Origin: Neodothiora populina
Taxonomy: Eukaryota
NCBI RefSeq assembly: GCF_041146345.1
Contig: NW_027191415.1
Location: 868,001 to 932,000 of the forward strand
Direction: 5' to 3'
Length of the DNA: 64,000 bases
A program made the translations under genes and the position numbers. Each line of letters opens with the position of its first letter. The stretch's first letter is position 1. Shown in pieces: positions 36,020 through 45,795 of the stretch. The notes beneath the pieces are model-generated. The model worked only from the letters and a program-made list of their open reading frames with translations, was not told where the DNA came from and searched no databases.

Positions 36020-37462
36020 ATGGCTGGCGGCGGTATCCCTATCGCCACTACTACCATTGAGGGTGGCTACCTCACTGGTCGCAAACTGATCTACCCCATT
36101 TGCCTGATCACCAGTCTCTTCTTCCTCTGGGGTTTCTCCTACGGTCTTCTCGATGTCCTGAACAAGCATTTCCAGAATGTCTTGGGCATTACCAAGCTCG
36201 AGTCTACCGGTCTTCAGGTCATGTACTTCGGTGGAGGTTACCTCCTCTTCTCCCCCATCGCTGCCGAAGTCATGAAGCGCAAGGGCTACAAGATCACCAT
36301 TCTCATGGGTCTCGCCTTTTACTCCATCGGTGCTGTTGCTTTCTGGCCCACCGCACATTTCTCCAGCAGAGAGCATGCTTCTGCCTCTTTCGGTGGTTTC
36401 TGTGTCTGCACTCTCGTCATCGCCTGTGGTCTCGCAACATTGGAGACTGCAGCCAACTCGTACGCAACTGTCATCGGATCCCCCGCCACCGCATCTGCCC
36501 GTCTGCAATTCTGCCAGTCGTGGAACGGTGTTGCATCCTTCATCGGACCTCTCATTGCTTCCAAGTTCTTCTTCACTGGTGAGAACGCCAACAACCTTAC
36601 CAACGTCCAGTTCGTGTACCTTGCAGTCTCCTGCGCTGGTGTTGCCATCGCTGTGCTCTTTATCTTCAGCAAGCTCCCCGAGGCTCAGGAGGCTCAGACT
36701 GCTATCCGCAGCGGCTCTGTCATCGAGGATGGCCCCATTGATGAGTACGGCAACGAGGTCGAGCAGGGTCCGATCTACAAGGAGTACAACATGATCTTCG
36801 CCTTCGTCGCTCAGTTCTGCTACGTCGGTGCTCAGGTCACCATCGGATCTTTCTTCATCAACTACGCAACTGAGAACGCCACGTACACATCTGCCCAGGC
36901 TTCCAACATGCTTTCGTACGCACTGATTGTCTTCACCGTCGGTCGTTTCATTGCCACTGGTCTTGCCACCATCTTCGAGAGCAACTTCCTGATCACCTTC
37001 TACTCTATCTGCGCCATCGCCCTCAACGCATACATCTGCGCTGGCAAGGGTGACGCCGCCGTCGCTGTGCTCATCGTCATTTACTTCTTCGAGGCACCAA
37101 TGTACCCATCCATCTTCACCCTCGGAACTGCCAACCTCGGCAAGCACACTCGTCGTGGCGCCGGTATCCTTGTCATGGGTGTGTCTGGTGGTGCAGTCTT
37201 CCCCCCAATCCAGGGAGCCATTGCCGATGCCGCCAACACTCGCATCTCCTTTGTTGTTCCTCTTGTTGGATTCGTCGTCGTCCTCGCATACGTCGGCTTC
37301 CACTGGGTTCGCAACGGCATGCCCATCCTCCGTCGCAAGGACGAGGAGATCGTCGCCGCCGCCGCCGTCCTTGGCGGTGGAGTCATCGAGAAGCGCAGCA
37401 TGTCCATCAGTGGCGATGTGCACAAGGTCGCTGAGCAGCGTGTCGACATGGTCAAGAACTAG
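36020..37462 (+). CDS. MFS transporter, L-fucose/glucose-galactose:H+ symporter (FucP) family; single exon
   Basis: About 12 hydrophobic helices; LFFLWGFSYGLLDVLNKHF and GLATLETAANSY match FucP-family motifs, including the Asp and Glu implicated in proton coupling; FCYVGAQV. Strong C-ending codon bias. Confidence 0.9.
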   Translation: MAGGGIPIATTTIEGGYLTGRKLIYPICLITSLFFLWGFSYGLLDVLNKHFQNVLGITKLESTGLQVMYFGGGYLLFSPIAAEVMKRKGYKITILMGLAFYSIGAVAFWPTAHFSSREHASASFGGFCVCTLVIACGLATLETAANSYATVIGSPATASARLQFCQSWNGVASFIGPLIASKFFFTGENANNLTNVQFVYLAVSCAGVAIAVLFIFSKLPEAQEAQTAIRSGSVIEDGPIDEYGNEVEQGPIYKEYNMIFAFVAQFCYVGAQVTIGSFFINYATENATYTSAQASNMLSYALIVFTVGRFIATGLATIFESNFLITFYSICAIALNAYICAGKGDAAVAVLIVIYFFEAPMYPSIFTLGTANLGKHTRRGAGILVMGVSGGAVFPPIQGAIADAANTRISFVVPLVGFVVVLAYVGFHWVRNGMPILRRKDEEIVAAAAVLGGGVIEKRSMSISGDVHKVAEQRVDMVKN

Positions 37463-39201
37463 AGCATATATATATATCATTTTCCCTGTTTTATTGTCTT
37501 TGGGGGAGGGGGGCCAGGGGACTATATCCACATGTACATACCACTTTGGGGGGATTTCCAAACTATGGCTTTACACAGCGACGGTTACGAAGTTACAGAC
37601 ATAGCATGCTACGAACAGAATAGCTGTCATTTACGAATACGAATTTTCAATCTTCATTAACATAATGCTTTCTCTGCCATTTTCTTCTGTCCTGTTCGCT
37701 TTCTCATCTCACTGTGATCTCGGCTGCATCCACTTCGACGTCACCACCATAACGAAACACATAACCCCCAGCTCAACCTTCCAAAGCCAACGCTGCACGG
37801 CTGACTACACGCTACTTTACCACTCCACGATACTTTCCTGCATTAACCCTGCATTTACCCTCTTCGTACTTCGCATGGTCTCGCCCCCCTCTCAGCGGCA
37901 CGCACGCGATCGCCGGCACACAACAGCACATCGCATCGTATCGCACACCACGCCCCGCAACAACAAAAGCGAGGGGTCCGAGGAAGGGTGCTAGGAGGGC
38001 GTCACGAGGCCGCGCAGACAATACCGTCGAAGAAGCAAAAGAAAAGAAAAGAAAAGGGAGAAACAAGGCTTGCGGCAGGCATGGGATACGAAGCTTTATC
38101 CTGTCCTCTTATTTCCAACAGCGGAGAGGCGGCGAGGTGTACTCTACTGTACCGTACTAGTCCGTACGTGAGGTACTACTACTGTGCGTTGCCCAGCAAG
38201 CCCCTGCTCGACTCGTGGAGTTGGGTGGGGTACGGGACGGGACTTGGGTCGTGCAGTGGTATGGCTGTATAGGTAGGGTACTTTTCGGTAGGTAGCTGGG
38301 GTAATGTAGCTTACGAGAGGGGAGGGGATAGGGAAGGGAGAGCAGCCACCCATGCATGCATGATATCACGTCGGTTCCAAGAACGCTTTTTCTCCTCACG
38401 TCCGCTTGGTGGGAATACGATGGCGGGCGACAAGCAATTGACCCTGAGTTTACCACTGGTTACCTTGTGTATGTTGCCTTTGACGTGGGGTATTAACGGG
38501 GTAATACGAGCAGGGAGCGAGGCCCGTGGATGAGCGCCGAGAGAGTTCGTAGGGCAACGATGGAGACAAGGATTGTATTATTGTACGATGAACCGAGCAG
38601 GAGAGGTGAAAGATCGAGCATGAAGTACTTGCTTGAACGAAACCTTGCTATGTGCACTAGATTTCATCCTCTCATACAGAAATATGTCAAAATCATCGTG
38701 GAGAAGCAAAGGGTCAGAAAGCGGGTGGGTCCTGGAGACGAAACAGAATACCTTACCAAAGCGCAGGCCAAAGGCGGGGTGAAGCCAGGCAATCATCCCC
38801 AGATCTGTATCTTAATGTGACCATGACTCGTGAGAATCCGGGGGAAGATCAAGGGACCGTGGGCAAAGAAGCACTCGGCACAGAAGTGTGTGAAAGCAAA
38901 GCTCTTTGTGCTCCAGAGCTCGGCCGAATCTATGGACGGGGCTTGGCGACTTCGGTCTCTACATAACTACCTCATTCAGTACCTAAGGTACCTTGGACCT
39001 TACAGTGGCTTCCTCTGTGGTGCATTTGCCTGTATATCGATTTTTGAAAGCGCATACATATCTTCCACTTATTCATTCGTACGAGCTGTATTCGCACCGG
39101 TCTGTCTTGGAATAGTCAGAGCGAGAACAGCACATAAGTGACATATCATTGGACAAGCATAGAAACAGATACAAAGTCGAATTGACTGAACAAAAACAAT
39201 C

Positions 39202-40458
39202 ATGGATGAGTTTGCGCAGACTGGCGCCCAGCAAGATGATCTGTTCGACGACATCCAGTACGCGCCTGGTGGAGAGGAGTCAATGCAGACGCGAGCGCCT
39301 GATGATCTGTTCGGGGAGGAATTTACACCCGTAGTAGCAGAACATGTAGAGGAGAAGGAGACCCCTCAGGTCCATACTGGTCCTCCCCCTGCTTCTGCTA
39401 GACAAAGAGGAGGTGGTGGACGTGGCAACAGAGGTAGTGGACAGGGTCGGGGAGGAAGAGGCAGAGGACGCGGAGAGCACCACCAGCAACGAGAACAGAG
39501 GTCTCCAGCACCTGCCCCCGTGGACGCGCAGCAACAGGAACCGGCAGCCTCCGCAGATGAACACAACGAGTCTCAGACTGCGCCTGCAACAGCGGACAGC
39601 GCAGCGGATTCTTCACAGCCTGACAGTGCCAGCGCCACCAACACCCCCTCCACCACGACTACCGCAACGGCGGCCAAGCCGTCCTCGCTGTTCGAGTCCA
39701 GACACGCCTCCACCGCCGCTCCGACCGAGTCCAAGCATGGCCACGCAGCTAGAGGCGACAGACGTGCGACGGGCGGACTCCAAAAACCCAAGTTGTCAGC
39801 ATCCGAGCTCGAGGCCAAAATGCAGCGCATGTCGCTACGCAGCGCCGAGCTGACGGAACGTCACAAGCGCGCTGAGGCGGATCGACAATCCTTCGACAAG
39901 CGCGAGGAGGTGGCCAAGGAAGTCGCAAAGCAACGCACCAAGGAGGAAAGACGGGACAGACAGCAGATGATGGGTGAGCGCGAGAAGAATAGACTGCGCA
40001 AGCTCAAGGCCATGGAGGGCAGAGAATGGGACATGCAAAAGCAAGAAGAGGATTACGACCCCAGAGCTGCTGCTAAGAGGGGAGGATCGGGCAGAGGCGC
40101 CTATGGTGGTGTGGTCGGACCACGAGATGGAGCAGCCGGCCCGGTCGCCGGACAAGAGCAGCAAGAATACACTGATGGCAGAGAATACATGTACCGCGAG
40201 AACAAAGGCAGAGGAAACGACAGAGGAGGCAGGGGTAGGGGAAGGGGTGGTCGTGGCGCCTCTTCGAGCCAGTCTCTGCCTAGGCATTCGGACTTTCCAG
40301 AGTTGCCGCCTACCCCAGCTGTTGTCGTTCCCAAAGATACACCATCAGCCGAGGCTACTTCGTCTGGTGAAGCTGCTCTATCCACTCTAGACATGCCTGC
40401 ACTAGACGAGAAAGCTTCAGCTGGTGGCAAGAGATGGGCAGATATGGTCGATGGATGA
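39202..40458 (+). CDS. Hypothetical RGG-rich, largely disordered protein with a central coiled coil
   Basis: 418-aa ATG-started ORF in good context (aatcATGg). Acidic DDLFDD N-terminus, RGG/RG tracts, charged helix KLSASELEAKMQRM...EREKNRLRKLKAMEGREWD. Confidence 0.8.
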   Translation: MDEFAQTGAQQDDLFDDIQYAPGGEESMQTRAPDDLFGEEFTPVVAEHVEEKETPQVHTGPPPASARQRGGGGRGNRGSGQGRGGRGRGRGEHHQQREQRSPAPAPVDAQQQEPAASADEHNESQTAPATADSAADSSQPDSASATNTPSTTTTATAAKPSSLFESRHASTAAPTESKHGHAARGDRRATGGLQKPKLSASELEAKMQRMSLRSAELTERHKRAEADRQSFDKREEVAKEVAKQRTKEERRDRQQMMGEREKNRLRKLKAMEGREWDMQKQEEDYDPRAAAKRGGSGRGAYGGVVGPRDGAAGPVAGQEQQEYTDGREYMYRENKGRGNDRGGRGRGRGGRGASSSQSLPRHSDFPELPPTPAVVVPKDTPSAEATSSGEAALSTLDMPALDEKASAGGKRWADMVDG

Positions 40459-40886
40459 AAATGAACAGCCATGTCTCATGTTTTCGTCCTCTGGAGGTCC
40501 AGATCCAGCCGCGACTGGAGAGATCGATCTGGCGATCGCAGAAAACGCTCGCGCGCCCAAGTCTCGTTGGTGGTCTGCTTAGCATGATACAAAAGCTATC
40601 ACATGCCATGAGTCGCCACTGAAAATACTCGGAGGATTACGAGATCATGCAGTGCAAGAAGAGAATTGGCATGCTATACATGTCGGTCCGATCCGTTTGA
40701 CGAGCGGCTGATGATCAACCATGGACAAGTACGAGAGGTAAGCTTCGTAACAACGACACAGCGCAAAAGCATGGAACAGTGATTTGGTCATCAGTCTTCT
40801 TGACAGACATAGCCATGGCCATCAATTTATAGAAAAGAAACGGATCCAAAGTAGAATCCAACAAAACGCTTTATAGCTGCACCTTG

Positions 40887-41954
40887 CTAATCAAAGTAAC
40901 CTGGGAACAACCAGGAAAGCTTGGCCTCGGCCTCCTTGCCACGTCCAGCCTTGGCAGTGATGGAGCCACCGAACTTGGTCTGGCCAACGAGATGTTTGGC
41001 GTGGATCAAGTCAGTGTGCTCTTCTTTGCTCAATTCATCCAGCACGCCGCCGATGAAACGTCTGGCGTTCTCCGAGTTGGCCTTCATGTGACCCATGACC
41101 ATCTCGACGGTCACGTCGGCGCTGTCGTGCCAGCAGTCGTAGTCGGTGCTCATGCACACCATCTGGTAGGCGATCTCGGCCTCCTTTGCCAGCTTGGCCT
41201 CGGGCAAGACAGACATGTTGATGACGCTGCCGCCCCATGATCTGTACATGTTCGACTCTGCGCGCGTGGAGAATTGCGGTCCCTCTGCTCAAGTATCAGC
41301 CTCAATACCCTCTCATCGCGCACAAGGATCACGTACCCATGCAGATGATGGTTCCCTTGTCGTGAAGACGCACACCGTCGCCCTCGAGACTGTGACCCAA
41401 CTTCCTGACAACATCTCCGAGCTGGCTGTCAAAGGGATCTGCGAACCCGACGTGGCCGACCATGCCGCCCTCGAAGAAGGTGAAGGGACGAATGCCCTTA
41501 GTGCGGTCGATGACCTGGTCCGGCACGACGAAGTCGCGGGGCTTGATGTCCTCCTGCAGACTGCCTACAGCAGAGAAGGCAATGACCGCTCTGACGCCAA
41601 TCGAGCGGAGAGCAGCCATGTTGGCGCGGGCGGGGACCTCATGCGGCGCTAGCTCGTGGTGAAGACCATGGCGGGAGAGAAAGGCGATCGGGATGGGCTT
41701 CCCCGTGGTGGGCGAAGGGTGGTGCAGCACGGCAATGGGCGACGAAGTGGCTCCCCACGGCGTCGAGACGTTCAAGTTGGCGACTTGAGTGAAGCCCGGG
41801 AGGGACTGTAGGCCGGTGCCGCCGATGACGGCGATAGGGATGGGATCTGTTTGTACAAAACGCGCGGGTTTTTCATGTCAGACTTTCGAGTCCCATCTTT
41901 TTTTTTCGGGTGGTGATGACGCTAACCCGAGTATGAATCTGCTACGCTTGCCAT
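40887..41954 (-). CDS. MEU1: S-methyl-5'-thioadenosine phosphorylase (MTAP); exons 41954-41927, 41846-41337, 41284-40887
   Basis: Spliced product MASVADSYSDPIPIAVIGGTGL...TPWG...FLSRHG...SAVGSL...PDQVIDRT...CMEGPQFSTRAES...INMSVLPEAKLAKE...TDYDCW. Confidence 0.95.
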
Positions 41955-43557
41955 TTTGCGGAAGCCGATGTGTATATTGCGGCGTATATGAAGAGTGTTT
42001 CTTGGTCGTGAGAACAAACGCGTGCTGGAAATAATAGATGGGCGCAGCAGCAGTTGTGTCATTTACGAAAAGTACCTAATTATCCATCCCACTTTTTTGC
42101 TGAAGTGTGGGGTGGAGGCCGTGAATGAAAGCGGGGCATATTTCCGTTTGCTGCCCTTGCTCTCCGCCAATCTGGAGGGAGACCCTGGCCACGTTCCAAA
42201 CAGAACCACTACTACCATTTTTTCCAATATATGCGGCATTTTGTTGCCCTTTAGCAAACTGCATATGAGATCACAGTTGACCAGCTGGAGATCACATCTT
42301 TGTCGCTTTGTTACAACCGAGGATGTGGGGCGAGTGTCAAGTTCTACCTTGAGAGAACCTGATTCCACAGTAGCAGGTCGTGGTCTGGTATGACCTCCAT
42401 ATCGTCCTAGGGAATGCTTCCTGCGCAACCATAAATTCCACATCATGGATCCCAATATACGTCGCCCCCAGACCATCTATATGCACTCCCATCATAGCCA
42501 CCAGCACCACTACATAGAGCGAAGAGTGAGACATCTGCAATAGAACTTAAATCACATATTAACCATACCTTTAAGCCCTTTACCGTCCACCCCTCCTTTC
42601 TCGCTATGGTCGGCACACACCAGTCCAGCCAGCCAGACGATCACGAACCAAGCTCTGCTTGCCCACAATACCATCATACCACATGCGGTCGACACAAAAG
42701 AGAGATAAGGGTAGGTAATCATATGACTGCTGTCGAGTGTACAAGCACTGATGATTGGTGTAATCCGTACGTACTGTATGTACCCCAAGGTACCTTGCTC
42801 GTGCCTTATCTCGCGAAGACGGATCTATCCGCACGAGATGACAGTCGGGTAAATGATATCATTGCCTTTGCTTCCCACACGAGCACACCCCGCTGCACCC
42901 CCTCCCCCTCGACCCCTCGTCTCTTCAATTTCCGATGCAAGGTCGGAATGGAGCGATGGTAAGACTTCCTTTCCCTTACCATGCACTCGGTACTCGGAAT
43001 CTCTTAATATACCTCGGGGAACAATGGTCTCAATTTACAATTCTACAGTGTATTTTCTTCATGTTCCATATTTGTCGAGTGAGGTGGCTGAGGAAAATTT
43101 CACCGCCGATTTGCAAATCAAGTCAAGGTATCCATTTATTACGGTTCTTCGAACCCGTGTACACGTATTATCATTATATAAGAAGCTCGATCCAGACAAA
43201 CAATGAGCCCACTCAATTAGCTCGCTGAAATTTGCCCCAGGACGCCGGTACGGGAACTCGCCACAGGTGTCGTGGTGCATGCTATGTGTGTGTGTATGTG
43301 CGTATGCAATAAATGATCCAACGGGACCGGTCGCGTGGTGGTATGCTGCAGGCAGCCTTTCTCGGTCCCCATCCAAAACCGCACCACGCGCCCGCAGATG
43401 ACCATGTGGCACCAAAAAGGTGGGAAATCTTACATTAACAGCCCCCCTTCGTGCACCTGCTCGTACCTTCGTACAGTCATGCCTTCGTGTTTGCGTTTCA
43501 CTGGGTCACCCCTTGATGTCGACTTATCCCTGTTGATTCGCATCCTTGAGAGTTGTA

Positions 43558-45795
43558 TTATATGATTGGAAGGAACTGGCAGCAGTCAGCGACACGAATT
43601 CAGTGATACCAGCCAGTTCATTACTTACATTCACAATGATGAGCATGGGCACATCAAAGGGGTCGCGCTTGATAGTCCAAGACAGCATGCAGTCCACCTT
43701 TCCGTCCTTGACTCCCAGAGCATTGATACCGTCCTCGCCCATAATCAGCGGGTTGCCCATGGTTGATCTGGGCTTTGTTTCACCATCGTTCTCCAGAGAA
43801 TTGTACGCGTTGCTATTCTCCCACCCAGCGTCTTCCTTGGTTCTATATTTCAGCAGCTTGCATCTCCGTGAGACTGTGCCTCGAGCGTCTCCAAATGCGT
43901 GTTTGGCAAAGTCTTCGTAGAATCCAATGACGCTGTCTTCGTCAATCAATTCTGCCAAAAATACAGGTTGTGGTCGGTCCGAGGTCGACCCTACACCAAC
44001 ATCCGGTACTCTCGGGGTCGCAGTACCTCTTGTGCTAGTACCTGTGGGCGCGTTGGAAACCCCGCCGGTGTTCACATTCAGATTGGACTCGGCGCCGAGT
44101 AACACATCCTTACGCCACCCCGACAACAAGCTGAATTCTTTGCTGGCGCTCGCCACCTCGCCTGTACGGCGGAATAGCACAGTTGGCGTGCCGAGTGCGT
44201 GCATGTAGCCTTCGTATTCGTAGAGCGTCCTCTGGAAGAGCTTTTCCATGAATATCAGATCATCGTTGGTGAGCTTGTTACTGCATGAAATGAACGATGG
44301 TCGGATCGAGGCGAGAGCCTTGGCGATGCGCAGCGTCTTCTGAGGGTTGAAGCGCTTGGACACGAACGCAACCAGACAGTGGAAGCCGGTCGTATACGAG
44401 TACGGTGCTGTGACTGTGTGGTAGACATCTGATGGGTCGCGTCGCTTCTTACGGGCGGCGTTCTCGGTCAGTGACAAGAAGCCTTTGTGCTGCTGACGAC
44501 TTGATGAATTCTGAGATCGATTGAAATTCTGGTTCTGCGATGGAAAGACAGTATTGGTGGACGAATTTGCAGGGCTAGTGACATAGCCGGTTTGGTTGAA
44601 GTCCATGAAGCCACTCGGACTCGCACTCGAGATTGATCCCGTGCCCTCGGCAATAGCAAAGGCGTTTGGAAAGTTGTCGAAGCCATTGCCAGCCTCGGTG
44701 CCGGCGATTTGTGAACCGTACATTTGACTTGCACTGCCTTGATGTGAGTCAGAATTGGTATTGTTGGTCCAATCCGTTGAGTAAGGGTTATTGAATTGAT
44801 ATGCCGACGACGGCGTCGAATAGTTGTTATTCGTGGAATCATAAGTGACACCACCATGCTGATTCATAGTGTTCATCATGTTGCCGTCGACGTCCGGTCT
44901 TCCATCAGCAGCGGAAGACATGTGTCCGAGCATACCGAACTCCATGGCTCCGTAGTGGTTGCCAAAGTTGAAGGTCGAGATGTCAAAATTGAAAATAGAA
45001 GGATCTGAGGGATCAAAGAGCGGCGCGGGAAAGGACGGCGTCTGCTTGGGGTCACCGGGCGGGGTTTGGTTCATCGCGCCCATGTTGTCCTGATTTGTAT
45101 TCATCTGCTGAGTAGAACCGCTAGGATAGGCATTGGACAGCATGCTAGGTTGCTGATTGTTGTACTGTGCCATTATCGGAGAGTCTTGAGTCGATGGCGA
45201 GCCCGCAGGTGCTGTGCCCGGGGTCTGTCCGAAAGCAGAATACGAGGCAGTAGATGGCTGACTGGGATAGTAGGAAGCCGATTGCGGGACGGAATGCATA
45301 TCGACCGGACTCGGCTGTACGCCGCCAGACATGGACGCTGGTGTCTGCTGGTTGACAGAGTAAGGAGCACTGGAGCCGGGGACGAGAGCGTCGTTCGGAG
45401 CGTCGTGGAGGTATTTGGCCTTCTTTCGGACACCATCGTGACAATGCTCTGCGAGACCACGCTTGATGCATCTGTTGCAGGGTCTTTCGTCGCCTATGAC
45501 GAGGACCTGATGTTAGTATACGAGAAGCGAGACTGAGGAAGGGAAAGGGTTATGACTTGCCGCAAGTCAGATGAGCTCGTTGGCAGGCATAGCAGGCGCG
45601 GCGAGCCTTCTTGCGTCGAGGCCGCGAGGGGTCTTTCGCATTGCGTTTGGCATTGGCGTCGGTGTCTTTGTTGGTCGAGGGAGACTTGTCATCGCTTTGC
45701 GAAAGGTCAAAACGAGAGTCGGACATGGCTGTGGACTGGAGATCTCCACTGGGTTCGGGGGAGGAAGCAGCGCCATCTGCGGCGCCTTGAGACAT
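43558..45795 (-). CDS. acuK: Zn(II)2Cys6 transcription activator of gluconeogenesis AcuK (Ert1-like); exons 45795-45561, 45493-43629, 43575-43558
   Basis: [55 protein letters not shown]-like C-terminus ([42 protein letters not shown]). The first intron is GC-AG with a TACTAAC branch. Confidence 0.92.

Noticed and set aside
35975..37561. 528-aa antisense ORF covering the whole MFS gene
   Set aside because: It is codon-aligned with the sense gene, whose codon bias avoids CTA/TTA/TCA and so removes antisense stops. No domain and no ATG start.
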